From the NCBI GenBank assembly GCA_964619625.1, contig CAZUFD010000001.1, positions 138,258-186,355 on the forward strand: a stretch of 48,098 bases of DNA, in the 5' to 3' direction. Positions 36,365 through 46,231 of this stretch are shown here, piece after piece (within the stretch, counting starts at the first letter, position 1; each line of letters opens with the position of its first letter). The stretch is from an uncultured Gammaproteobacteria bacterium. Its GTDB lineage: Bacteria; Patescibacteriota; Patescibacteriia; Magasanikbacterales; GWA2-37-8. The position numbers were made by a program, and so were the translations under genes. The notes beneath the pieces were generated by a model. It did no database searches, had not been told where the DNA came from, and saw nothing but the letters and a program-made list of their open reading frames with translations.

Positions 36365-37546
36365 ATGTCCAGCGGTTTTGAAGATAAAAAAATTATTTTA
36401 CATCAGGGAGTCTATAAAAGACCGGTATCGGTAGGCGACGCGATTTTTATGATTACGGGCATGAGTATTGGCGCCGGGATCTTGGGTATTCCCTATGTAG
36501 TGGCCCAAGTTGGTTTAAAAATCGGTATTGTCTATATTTTAGTACTGGGACTGGTGATGTTGTGTTTAAATTTAATGCTCGGAGATATAGCTGTGCGCAC
36601 CAGTGAACCTTTGCAAATTCCGGGACTGGTTGGCAGGTATTTAGGTAAGGGGCCAAAATATATTATCAATATTTTAGTTGTTTTCGGTTCGTATAGCACG
36701 TTGCTCGCCTATATATCGGGTGAGGGGCAGGCACTATCAGCTTTATTTGGGGGGAGCCCGGTAGTTTGGAGTTTGGTATTTTGGACTGTTGGGAGCGCTA
36801 TAGTATGGCGAGGGCTGCAAACAATCAAAAGCGTAGAAAAGGTGTTAAGCCTTATCGTCATGAGTATAGTTATCGGAGTTTCTTTTTATATTCTACGGGA
36901 TTTTGACATGACAGCCTGGGCCTATACGGATGTAAGTAAGATTTTCTTGCCGTACGGCGTGATTTTGTTCGCGTTAAACGCCACGCCAGCCATTATTGAA
37001 GCACATGCTTTATTGCCAAAAGATCAAAAAAGTTTTAAGAGAGCGCTCATTATTGGCTCGCTTATACCCATGACCATTTATATTATTTTTGCTATAGCCG
37101 TAGTCGGGGCAACCGGACTGCAGACCACGGAGGTGGCAACCATTGGTTTGGGAGAGAAATTTGGCAAAGGGATTCTAGTTTTAAGTAATATTTTTGCGGT
37201 TCTGGCCATGAGCGCGGGTTTTATCGGTTCAGGAATTGCGTTAAAACAAAATTTTGTTTGGGATAATAAAATACCTAAGATGATAGCAGAATTTTTAGTA
37301 ATCTCGGTTCCTATTTTTTTGTTTTTAATGGGGCTACGACAATTTATTGTAATTTTGAGCGTAGCTGGAGGACTCGTAATCGGCGTAGAGGCGGTGTTCC
37401 TTGTGTTAACCTGCTGGCAGGCTAGAAGAAAAGGTTATGTTAATGCCTCTGAATACGGCCTTCATCACTTTTGGCTTCTTGCCGTTCCGGTCTTTTTGAT
37501 TTTTAGTTGGGTAACGGTACAAAGCATGCTTAATTTTGTTAAATAA
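36365..37546 (+). CDS. Aromatic amino acid permease (Mtr/TyrP-like)
   Basis: GMSIGAGILGIP, LLAYISG, about 11 TM. Confidence 0.85.
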   Translation: MSSGFEDKKIILHQGVYKRPVSVGDAIFMITGMSIGAGILGIPYVVAQVGLKIGIVYILVLGLVMLCLNLMLGDIAVRTSEPLQIPGLVGRYLGKGPKYIINILVVFGSYSTLLAYISGEGQALSALFGGSPVVWSLVFWTVGSAIVWRGLQTIKSVEKVLSLIVMSIVIGVSFYILRDFDMTAWAYTDVSKIFLPYGVILFALNATPAIIEAHALLPKDQKSFKRALIIGSLIPMTIYIIFAIAVVGATGLQTTEVATIGLGEKFGKGILVLSNIFAVLAMSAGFIGSGIALKQNFVWDNKIPKMIAEFLVISVPIFLFLMGLRQFIVILSVAGGLVIGVEAVFLVLTCWQARRKGYVNASEYGLHHFWLLAVPVFLIFSWVTVQSMLNFVK

Positions 37547-37552
37547 AAATCT

Positions 37553-39292
37553 CTAAGGCACCACCTTTGAACCCAGAGAGAAGCCCCTATCATTTCTGTT
37601 TAGGATATTATTTATAGGAGAATGGGAGAGATTAAATTTCTTACCAACAAAGCTGTCTGTGGCTGAAAAGGATAGGGAGTTGGTTAATTGTATATTTTTT
37701 TCTATCTGAGATGCGGTTGGTGTAACTGCCACTTCAAAATACAAACCAGTTTGGCTGTTGGCTGGTAATGAGTCATAACTCCAAGAAATAGTTCGGCTAG
37801 AGCTGTTATATTTGAGTTGCGGGCCAATTGTGGTGCTTTGTTTTCCGCTAAATTCAACCCCGTCTGGAAGAGAAGTGGAAAAACTTGGATTGTCCACGGC
37901 ATTAGTAGTGTTGATTACCTTTACAAATATCCAGTATTTAGTCATTTTTCCGACTTGAGGCGGCAGGGATCCGCGACCAAGTTGGTCGCCTTCGTTTGTA
38001 TAATAACGGGCTTCAATATTATTAAAATTAACCTCGGTTGCCAGCGGCAGGCTAACGCGGCTGCCCTCCTGGCTAAATGCTTGGTTGCTAATTTCAGGAG
38101 CTTCAGCTTTCATTATTGGGAATATTTCCAGTTTGGCATTTTCAGTTTGCGGTAAGTTAAATTTTGGAAGTAGATATATTTTTACTCCGAATGCATCGTT
38201 ACTTTTTGGGTTTCCATTGCTTAAGCTGGTTCTGGATTGTCCGTCAAAGAATATGCCATTTGCTTCGGTTTTCGCGTGGTTTTCTTGAGCAGTTTTTTTC
38301 CAGTCTATGATACCCTGTAGGTTTGAGGTTACATGAAGAGAAAGGTTTTGCAGTGTAATACCGTTGTTATTTTTCCAGCTTACCTCAACTGGGATAATTT
38401 GTCCCGGCTCAGCATAAAGGGATGGGTTTATTAACTTGACCGCAGAATTTATTTGCGGTGAAAAAATTTGAAACTCCTGTATGTTTTTGGTTTGGAAAAT
38501 TTTGGAGTTTTGGTACGAAATAGCGGTGGCTATTTCAAAGGTGTGGTAGCCTGGTTGGCTAGGCGCAGTAAATTTTCCTTCTATAGTTTTTGAGCCATTT
38601 GGTGGAATAGAGACAATGTCTTCGTTTAGAGTGACTTCGTCTCGTTTGCTGGTTAAGATATATATATCTTTAATTTCGCGATTACCGGAATTTTTTATAG
38701 TATAGGAAAATGTAATGGGTGCGCGAGCAAAAGCCGAAGAAGGAAATTCTAGTTTGCCGGAAAGAACACTTTCGGGGAGCTTGGTGATTAATGATGACAG
38801 TTTTTGTTCGCGGCTGTTTTTATTTTCCGGTCGGTAGGATAAGTTGGCGATAATACGGGCTTCTTCGTTTGGTTCTGTCCAAAATGATCCGTATATGCTG
38901 GCCTGACCGGAAGCGCCCGCATTTAATTCCTTAACCGAGGTAAAAATTGATTGATCAGAGAAAATGTCAGTTGGTGTTTTGTCGCGGTTTATAATAAATC
39001 CTTCCGGTAAACGGAGGCCCAGCGATGCTTCTTTTAGGTTTATTTTACTATGATTGGTATAGTTTACAGTAACAATAATTTCCTCACCGCTCTTTATTCT
39101 TTCATTTCCCAAAGTCACCGATAGTTCAATTAGGCCGGTCAAGCTTGGTTTCCAAAAAAATAAAAATAAATTGCCGGCGATCATTGTAAGTGCCAAGAAA
39201 AGCAAAGCTAAATCAAAGATGAATAGTTTTTTAGCATTACGGTACACCCCGTGGTATCTGTTCAGATAGTGATGATGTAGAAATTTTAACAT
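37553..39292 (-). CDS. Membrane-anchored multi-Ig-like (DUF11-like) surface protein
   Basis: N-terminal TM, repeated V.Y.N / LP.G..F beta-sandwich patterns. Confidence 0.7.
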   Translation of the reverse strand: MLKFLHHHYLNRYHGVYRNAKKLFIFDLALLFLALTMIAGNLFLFFWKPSLTGLIELSVTLGNERIKSGEEIIVTVNYTNHSKINLKEASLGLRLPEGFIINRDKTPTDIFSDQSIFTSVKELNAGASGQASIYGSFWTEPNEEARIIANLSYRPENKNSREQKLSSLITKLPESVLSGKLEFPSSAFARAPITFSYTIKNSGNREIKDIYILTSKRDEVTLNEDIVSIPPNGSKTIEGKFTAPSQPGYHTFEIATAISYQNSKIFQTKNIQEFQIFSPQINSAVKLINPSLYAEPGQIIPVEVSWKNNNGITLQNLSLHVTSNLQGIIDWKKTAQENHAKTEANGIFFDGQSRTSLSNGNPKSNDAFGVKIYLLPKFNLPQTENAKLEIFPIMKAEAPEISNQAFSQEGSRVSLPLATEVNFNNIEARYYTNEGDQLGRGSLPPQVGKMTKYWIFVKVINTTNAVDNPSFSTSLPDGVEFSGKQSTTIGPQLKYNSSSRTISWSYDSLPANSQTGLYFEVAVTPTASQIEKNIQLTNSLSFSATDSFVGKKFNLSHSPINNILNRNDRGFSLGSKVVP

Positions 39293-39372
39293 ATATGTAG
39301 CGGTATTATTGCATTATATTATATAACTTTTACTTTGTTTTAACAACTTTTTATGTTATGTTTTTTAAACAT

Positions 39373-39398
39373 AAAACCCTCTGTAGATTGAGGGTTTT
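39373..39398 (-). terminator. Terminator after HTH gene
   Basis: AAAACCCTC-loop-GAGGGTTTT. Confidence 0.65.
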
Positions 39399-39762
39399 AG
39401 GCTGTGTTTTTTTCTGAAGATTTTTCTCGGGTTTCTGTATCATTTTTTATTTCCTTGTCGTGATTGTTTACAATTTTAGGACTAGGGGAGTACAGAGGGT
39501 TTTTTATTTTCCAGTTTCCGATAAATTGTCCGATGCCTCTATTTTCCAGTTTGTTTTTAATTGTCGTGTGTCTTTGAGACCATTTAACAAGGCTTTCAAA
39601 GTTTAGTTTATACCTACCCGCTACAACGATATAGATAATCTCCTTAGAAGTAATGGCTCGCCTGATTGTTTGGGCATTTACGCCAAACAACTTAGCAGCC
39701 TCTGAAACCGAGACCCTAATTACTTCCTTTGGTTTTTCCGTGAGTAAGTTCTGATCCGTCAT
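39397..39762 (-). CDS. Excisionase/MerR-like helix-turn-helix protein
   Basis: SVSEAAKLFGVNAQTIRRAI..GRYKL HTH_17-like pattern. Confidence 0.8.
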   Translation of the reverse strand: MTDQNLLTEKPKEVIRVSVSEAAKLFGVNAQTIRRAITSKEIIYIVVAGRYKLNFESLVKWSQRHTTIKNKLENRGIGQFIGNWKIKNPLYSPSPKIVNNHDKEIKNDTETREKSSEKNTA

Positions 39763-39781
39763 AATAAAGCTGATTTAAGTT

Positions 39782-39974
39782 TTGTATATACTTATGTATA
39801 CAATCCTAGCATAAATTTACAATTTTGTCAATATTTAATTAATATCTTCTATACCTTTAAATACCTAATTTGTATACACTAGTGTATACAAATTAAGTAA
39901 AAAAACCGCATGGTTAAGGCACTTTGTATAGTAATTCAGCATTATTTTTATTTTGTATACACCAGTGTATACAA
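39782..39974. promoter_or_regulatory. Three copies of 22-bp palindrome TTGTATACAC-NN-GTGTATACAA
   Basis: Copies at 39782-39803 (degenerate), 39870-39891, 39953-39974. Confidence 0.85.
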
Positions 39975-40135
39975 AATAATTAAATTTGTCACAGCTTATC
40001 AGAGTCGGAGTTTTTTTTGAAATTAGCTCTTAAATATGTCTTAAAATTTAGGGTTTTTAATTTGACTTTTACCTATTATATTGTTATGATGTGTATCACT
40101 GAAATTATGGTAATAGAGGCAAAAGATTGCAAAAC

Positions 40136-40162
40136 TGTAACACTTTCCTTATTCCTACGTCT
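40136..40162 (+). promoter_or_regulatory. ECF-type promoter TGTAAC-N16-CGTCT
   Basis: Matches the general ECF -35 AAC / -10 CGT pattern directly before the ECF gene ATG. Confidence 0.65.
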
Positions 40163-40168
40163 ACTATA

Positions 40169-40750
40169 ATGTCTAGAAGCAAAATCTCCGAAAAAATTCT
40201 CTTATTTAAGCTTCACGCCCGGAAAGACCCGGAAGCTTTCGCAAAGTTATACGATATCTATGCTAGACGAATCTATAGCTTTATTTTTTTTAAAGTCGGT
40301 AACAGAGAAGAAGCGGAAGATATAACGTCAGAAGTTTTCTTAAAGGCCTGGCGTTACATAAATGAAAAAAAGAACATAGAAAGTTTTAGTGGATTATTAT
40401 ATAAGCTGGCACGCAATTCCATAATTGACCTCTACAGATCCAAAGCAAGCCAGAAAGAACTTTTGTCGGTAGACCAAGAAATTGAAGCTGAACAAGAATT
40501 GGGAAGCACGGCCGTGTGGGAAGCCGGCTTTGAAAAAAAGATTGGGGATAAGATTGAAATGCAAAAAATAATTTTGGCGCTACAGAAATTAAAACATGAG
40601 TATAGAGAAGTGGTAACGCTCAGATATGTTGATGAGTTAGAGATAAGCGAGATAGCGGAAATTACCGGAAAGGGCCATATTTCAATCAGAGTTACCCTGC
40701 ATCGTGGCTTAAAAAAACTAAAACAAATATTGGAACAAGATAAAAAGTAA
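40169..40750 (+). CDS. ECF RNA polymerase sigma factor
   Basis: AFAKLYD, EAEDITSEVFLKAW, LARNSIIDLYR, EIAEITG..RVTLHRG. Confidence 0.93.
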   Translation: MSRSKISEKILLFKLHARKDPEAFAKLYDIYARRIYSFIFFKVGNREEAEDITSEVFLKAWRYINEKKNIESFSGLLYKLARNSIIDLYRSKASQKELLSVDQEIEAEQELGSTAVWEAGFEKKIGDKIEMQKIILALQKLKHEYREVVTLRYVDELEISEIAEITGKGHISIRVTLHRGLKKLKQILEQDKK

Positions 40751-40755
40751 GGGAT

Positions 40756-42090
40756 ATGTCAAAGGAAATAATCAGACAACTAAAATCTCTGAAGCATACC
40801 GAAACAGGTCCAAATGAAGCATGGTTACAGAAGAACCGTGAACTTTTGTTGTCTCAAATTTCCAATACAGTTTCACCGAAGGAACATGTTAAATTCAATT
40901 CAGAAAATTTATGGCAGGCCATGTCAATATTTCTGCCAAAGTCCGTTGTGTATACGATTGTAAGACCGGTAATGGTGGTAGTGCTTATTGCGGTGATGGG
41001 CGTAGGGAGCTGGGTTGCCACCGTAAGCGCGTCGTATGAATCATTGCCGGGTGAATGGTTGTATCCTGCCAAACGCGCTACCGAAAAAATTCAGGTAGCC
41101 GGGGCAGACGCGGTGGGAGACAAAAATAACGTCGCTAAACTTCATTCCGAATTTGCTTTAAAGAGAGCGGTGGAAATGAAAAAAATTATCTCTCAGGGCA
41201 GTCCGGATAATATTGAAGTGGCCTCCAAAACAGTAAATGATCTAAAAGAAGAAATTAACAGCGTTAATAATAAATTGGAAGAAATAAAAACAACTGCCGA
41301 TTCCGGAGCCGAAGTGGTAAAAAATATTAACCTGAAAGCTCAGGAAATTAAAGATGTATTAAAAGAAGTAAAAGTAAATTTGCTGGTTAGTAATGATGAT
41401 GTAAAGGCGAGCGATCTGTCTTCTCAAGTTTCAGAAGTAAAAAATTTAGTAAAGGATACGGCAGTTAAAGCGGTTGAAGTGATGGTAGAAAAGCATTTAC
41501 AAGGCGACGCGAGCGTTTCCAAAGATGATGTTAAACAGGCTATTAACGACCAGCTGCAATCCGCTATCAAAGACGCTGCCGATTCCAAACAAAGCATGGT
41601 AGAAGTCAACAAGGTAATTGGCATAGTAAAAACAGAAGTAACCGCTATTGCCAACGATGCCAAGGATGCCGATTCGGTAAGCAGCACTCAGGCATTGTCT
41701 GAAAAAGTAGAAGCTACCTCCAAACAAACCCAAGCGGCCGTAAATAGTTCTCAGCAATTTAATGCCGAAACAGGAAAAACCGTAACTGAAGGACAAGAAT
41801 TTTTGTCTCAAGATAACTTGACTTTGGCTGTTGGTAAAGTAAAAGAAGCGAACGCCGTCATCGCTCAAACAGAAAAAATCACGGATGATACATTAAAGGC
41901 AGTGCAAAATATTTTACCGGTTGTAGCGGTTGCGTCCGAAGGGGTGGCCATTGCTAGCAGCAGTATTATAATCGTAACTACTACTCCCATAACGAGCAGC
42001 TCAGGAAAAATTATTACTGTTTCCACGACTATAAAAGTAACTACATCCACTATTCCGGTAGTAATGCCAAAATCAACCAGTACATTCTAG
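40756..42090 (+). CDS. Putative anti-sigma factor (TM plus DUF5667-like and coiled-coil region)
   Basis: Follows ECF sigma; single TM then SLPGEWLYPAKRATE motif; T/S-rich tail. Confidence 0.7.
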   Translation: MSKEIIRQLKSLKHTETGPNEAWLQKNRELLLSQISNTVSPKEHVKFNSENLWQAMSIFLPKSVVYTIVRPVMVVVLIAVMGVGSWVATVSASYESLPGEWLYPAKRATEKIQVAGADAVGDKNNVAKLHSEFALKRAVEMKKIISQGSPDNIEVASKTVNDLKEEINSVNNKLEEIKTTADSGAEVVKNINLKAQEIKDVLKEVKVNLLVSNDDVKASDLSSQVSEVKNLVKDTAVKAVEVMVEKHLQGDASVSKDDVKQAINDQLQSAIKDAADSKQSMVEVNKVIGIVKTEVTAIANDAKDADSVSSTQALSEKVEATSKQTQAAVNSSQQFNAETGKTVTEGQEFLSQDNLTLAVGKVKEANAVIAQTEKITDDTLKAVQNILPVVAVASEGVAIASSSIIIVTTTPITSSSGKIITVSTTIKVTTSTIPVVMPKSTSTF

Positions 42091-42124
42091 TACTTTAAAA
42101 CCAAAACTATAAAAAAATAATTCC

Positions 42125-42360
42125 TATATCTCTTTCCTGCTTGAAATGAAAAAGTTTCATCTCAGACAGGAGAGAGGTATGCCCGGTAATTACCTGAATT
42201 AATTTAGGAAAATGCCGAGCCTTAGGAAATCGTTAATCACGGTTTTTGCAAAAGGTCGAGGGCTTGTAAAAGCTCGCTAAACCATTGTATCCCGACCAAT
42301 CGGGAAAAAGTTTAGTCCACTTACTTCTAACATTAGTTGGATGCGCAGCGGGCTAAATAA
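42125..42360 (+). other. Structured leader region upstream of S-layer-like gene
   Basis: Consecutive hairpins (CTCTTTCCTG/CAGGAGAGAG; CCTGAAT/ATTTAGG; CTAAAC/GTTTAG enclosing TCCCGA/TCGGGA; TCTAAC/GTTGGA). Confidence 0.55.
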
Positions 42361-42374
42361 ATTTATTTTAACTT

Positions 42375-45300
42375 ATGACTGATGTATTAAAATCCGTAAA
42401 AAAAATCTTTACGGTTAGCGTTGTCGGCGCCACCATGTTGTGGTCCGTTGGCGTTTCGGCTTTGTTGCCATCTGTTGCTGACGCAGCAGTTTGTCCAACA
42501 CTTGCCGCTGGCGACATGATCAAGGTATCTGGTAAACCAGCTATCTATTCTGTCGACAAAATGAGCAAAGTTCTATATTTCCCTTCCGGTGATGAATTCA
42601 AGAGCTGGAATGAAACTAACTCCTATGGCGGTTATGTAACCGTAACACAGGAATGTTTTGATTCCTTGCCAGTTCCTAGCACATACCCAGGCGCTGTAAA
42701 CTATCGCCCAGGTTCATACGTTGTAAAGAGACCTTCCTCTGATCAATTGTATGTTGTTGAGCCAGGAAATAAATTAGCAAAAATTTCTACAACTGATGCT
42801 GCCGCTTTATATGGCGCTAGCTACAAAGTAATGACTGTTGCCGACGCTTTCTGGCCTCACTATGTAAATAGAGGAGCCGATATTGCCGGTATGGTTCATG
42901 AAGGTATGCTCGTAAGTAAAGATGGTAAAACATGGCTTGTAGATGCCGGTAATGTACTCCGTGAAGTAACAGCTACTGGTATGACCGCTAACAGATTCAA
43001 AGCTGCTTTCGTTCATACTGTACCTGCTTCTTACTTGACAGCTACTACCGTTGGTTCTCCAGTTACTGCCCTAGAATCTGTTCTGTCTAACAGAACTCAA
43101 GATGGTGCTATCACCACTCCAGGTCCAGTAGTTGGCGGCAACCTAAGCGTTACTTTAGCCGCTGATAATCCAGCTGCTGGTAACATTGCTGACGGTTCTG
43201 CTTACAACAGCGTTTTAAAATTAAACTTAAGCGCTAGTGCAGCTACTCAAGTTACCGGATTAACCTTAACCAAGACTGGTCTTATTTCTAATACAAATAT
43301 CTCCGGTGTTAGCGTTTGGGATTCTCAGGGTAACCGCAAAGGTGATGTAATGACTTCCTTAACTTCAGACAATAAAGTAACTGTAAGTTTTGGATCAATG
43401 CCATTACTCGTAGGAGCTGGTAGCAGCGAATCTTTAACTGTTAAAGTTAATATCGCTCCTGCTGCTAACTCTGGTTTAGTAGGCTTTAGTGTGGCTGCTG
43501 CTGCTGATGTTGTAAGTAATGGTACTGTTGCCGGATCATTCCCAATCGTTGGTAACCAAATGGCTATCATTGATGGTAATGCTTCCTTAGCTTCTACTAC
43601 TATTTCTGGTCAATCAGTAGGTGGTTCCGCTACTCAACCTGCTAGCACTGCTTCTGGTAACTTAAATATTGGCGATCTACAAAAAGAAATTGCCAAGTTT
43701 AGATTCACCGAACAGACTGGCAATGAAGATGTATCTATCTCCAGACTTACTTTCTACGTAGCTGGTACTATCCAAGATAGCGACCTAGCTAACTGGAGTG
43801 TTTACGCTCCAAGCGGAGAAAAACTTGGTATGACAGCCGCAATGAGCAATCGTTACGTAACTGTTAACTTTACCACTCCTTACGTAGTACCTAAGAGTAC
43901 AAGCCGTGATCTTACTGTAAAAGTTGATGTTGTAAACGGTTCAACCCGCAACTTCAATGTTCATATTCAGAGTGATTACGATGTATTGATGAAAGGTGTT
44001 ACTACCGGATTCTACATCTTGCCTGGCTCATTCTCAGACACAACTAGTACAACTGGTTGGTTCAACATGGGTTCAGGTACACTAACAGTTAACAAGGCCG
44101 TTACTTCTCCTTCTCTAAACATTTCTTCTGGCGCACAAAATATTGTGTTAGCTAAATTTGATGTTAAAGCTGTAGGTGAGAACATGGAATTGCGCAAAAT
44201 GGGTCTTGGTATAAACCAGGCCGCTGGTTCCAAGACTAAATTAACTGGCAATGTAATTGTTCGTGACGCAACAGACGGAACTGTATACTTGACTGTAGCT
44301 GCTTCCGGTGCTGCTGTGTATGCTAACGCAACACAATATACCTTATCCAGTTACTTGACTCTTAACTCAAATCAAACAAAGACCCTTGAAGTAGTTGGTA
44401 GTGTTGATTCTACTGCTACCTCGGGAGTAAGTTATAAAGTTGGTATTGGTAACTTCTATGGTAAGAGACTTTCTACCCTAGACTTTGCCGACAACTTGCC
44501 AACTTCAGCAAACACTTCTACAGAAGCTAACCAATTAACAGTAAGCGCAACTTCGCTCACTTGTTACAAGGATACAGCTATGGGTAGTGTTACCCGTGCT
44601 CCAGGTGCTACTACCGTAATTGGTCAGTACATCTGTACAGCTGGTACATCTGAAGATGTTCGTTTGACAAACGTTGGCGTAGCCTTTGGTCTTGTTAGCG
44701 GTATTGCTGCTAACATGTTCCAGAACATGTCACTTTGGAACGGATCTACTCAATTGGGCACATCTTTAAGCACTGTTGCAAGTACATCAAACAACTTCAA
44801 CTTTGACTTAACTGTTCCAAAGAGTCAGACTGTAACCTTACAACTCAAAGCACTTGTTGTAACCGGAGCTACCGGAGTTGTAACCACATCTTTCTCCAGC
44901 TATAACTATACTGGTAAAGACAGCGGTACAAGCGGAACCGGAAGTATCGTAGCTGGTCAACAGATTACTGTTGGCGCTGGTAACTTAAATGTTACTGCCG
45001 TATCGGATGCTACTACCCTTTCAAAGGTATATGGTCCTAACCAGACTGGCGTACAATTAGGTAAATGGAAACTTGCAGCTGCTAATGATAATGTTACTTT
45101 GAGTAAATTGACATTACAGTCTGTATACTCCAACTTAAGCGGCGCTGTTACTACCCTTGGTACATATGGCAGCTTGTCATTGTATGATGGCTCAACCTTA
45201 CTGGCCACTGCTAGCTATGTAAATGGCGATGTAGTGTTCACCGGTTTCAGCTCAACAATTACAATGGATAGTTATAAAGTTTACACCTTGAAAGGTACCA

Positions 45301-46073
45301 CAAATGGTTCCGGTGTAATTACTAATAACACCTCCACTGCTTTCGTATTAAAGAGCGACAGCAACACTGACATGGAAGCTAGATCTGACGCTGGTTCACT
45401 CCTTGGTACTGCAGATATCAACTACAACTCTGCAAGTAACGCAGGTAGTGCTGAATCCAGAATTGCCACATCTACAGCTTACTTGTTCCACGATGCATAC
45501 CCAACTATGACTGCTGTGTCACTTGGAAGTGCATTACCTTTGGATAGCCAAGCTAAGATCCTCAAATTCACAGTAACCAACTCTGGTGCTCGTGACTTGA
45601 GATTGTCCAGCACAACTGTAAACCTAAGCGTTTCAGGTTTAACTGGTTCTGGTGCTAACCTTGGTAGTGTTTCTGACTTCAGATTGTATGAAGACAATGG
45701 TTCTGGTGGTTTGGGCACATACTTGGCCAACACTTCTACCATTTCTATCAGCAGCACAACTCCTAACCCAGTAGCTTTGATCTTCGGTGTAGGAAATGAT
45801 CAGAATAGTCTCTTTGACAACCTTGTGGTTGCTCCAGGAGCTAGCCGAACATTTATCGTAACCGCAGACACTACTGACATGCTTGACGGTAAGACTACCG
45901 GAAGTGTAACACTTTCCGCTAAGATTGCCGGTTCTACTGGTTGGAGCGGTACAGCCTGGAACACAGGTAACTTGTTATACTTCTACACTCCAGTCGCAGG
46001 AAGTGAACAAGGCGCCTTCTCCCACTCAGACTCCTATGATGTATCAGGTACTTCACTGACCTACACATTATAA
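42375..46073 (+). CDS. Large secreted S-layer-like surface protein
   Basis: Signal peptide, S/T/G/V/A-rich repeated beta-sandwich domains, strongly biased codon use. Confidence 0.8.
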   Translation: MTDVLKSVKKIFTVSVVGATMLWSVGVSALLPSVADAAVCPTLAAGDMIKVSGKPAIYSVDKMSKVLYFPSGDEFKSWNETNSYGGYVTVTQECFDSLPVPSTYPGAVNYRPGSYVVKRPSSDQLYVVEPGNKLAKISTTDAAALYGASYKVMTVADAFWPHYVNRGADIAGMVHEGMLVSKDGKTWLVDAGNVLREVTATGMTANRFKAAFVHTVPASYLTATTVGSPVTALESVLSNRTQDGAITTPGPVVGGNLSVTLAADNPAAGNIADGSAYNSVLKLNLSASAATQVTGLTLTKTGLISNTNISGVSVWDSQGNRKGDVMTSLTSDNKVTVSFGSMPLLVGAGSSESLTVKVNIAPAANSGLVGFSVAAAADVVSNGTVAGSFPIVGNQMAIIDGNASLASTTISGQSVGGSATQPASTASGNLNIGDLQKEIAKFRFTEQTGNEDVSISRLTFYVAGTIQDSDLANWSVYAPSGEKLGMTAAMSNRYVTVNFTTPYVVPKSTSRDLTVKVDVVNGSTRNFNVHIQSDYDVLMKGVTTGFYILPGSFSDTTSTTGWFNMGSGTLTVNKAVTSPSLNISSGAQNIVLAKFDVKAVGENMELRKMGLGINQAAGSKTKLTGNVIVRDATDGTVYLTVAASGAAVYANATQYTLSSYLTLNSNQTKTLEVVGSVDSTATSGVSYKVGIGNFYGKRLSTLDFADNLPTSANTSTEANQLTVSATSLTCYKDTAMGSVTRAPGATTVIGQYICTAGTSEDVRLTNVGVAFGLVSGIAANMFQNMSLWNGSTQLGTSLSTVASTSNNFNFDLTVPKSQTVTLQLKALVVTGATGVVTTSFSSYNYTGKDSGTSGTGSIVAGQQITVGAGNLNVTAVSDATTLSKVYGPNQTGVQLGKWKLAAANDNVTLSKLTLQSVYSNLSGAVTTLGTYGSLSLYDGSTLLATASYVNGDVVFTGFSSTITMDSYKVYTLKGTTNGSGVITNNTSTAFVLKSDSNTDMEARSDAGSLLGTADINYNSASNAGSAESRIATSTAYLFHDAYPTMTAVSLGSALPLDSQAKILKFTVTNSGARDLRLSSTTVNLSVSGLTGSGANLGSVSDFRLYEDNGSGGLGTYLANTSTISISSTTPNPVALIFGVGNDQNSLFDNLVVAPGASRTFIVTADTTDMLDGKTTGSVTLSAKIAGSTGWSGTAWNTGNLLYFYTPVAGSEQGAFSHSDSYDVSGTSLTYTL

Positions 46074-46113
46074 TCTGAGGTAAAGGCATAAATCTGTAAA
46101 AAGTTTACAGAGC

Positions 46114-46146
46114 AAAACCCGCCCGCAAGGGCGGGTTTTTGTTTTT
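46114..46146 (+). terminator. Strong intrinsic terminator
   Basis: AAAACCCGCCC-GCAA-GGGCGGGTTTTT. Confidence 0.9.
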
Positions 46147-46231
46147 GTCTTGACAAATTGCCCATTTTATAGTATATTTTCAGCAGATTCTGCCGTTTCT
46201 GTGGCAGAATTTTAAATTAGAAATACGGTAT

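Noticed and set aside
39397-39762. Prophage or ICE remnant suggested by the excisionase-like gene
   Set aside because: No integrase, att repeats or phage genes in the neighbourhood.
39782-39974. CRISPR array or parS interpretation of the triple palindrome
   Set aside because: Only three short copies with ~60-bp AT-rich gaps, no cas genes, and no match to the parS consensus TGTTTCACGTGAAACA.
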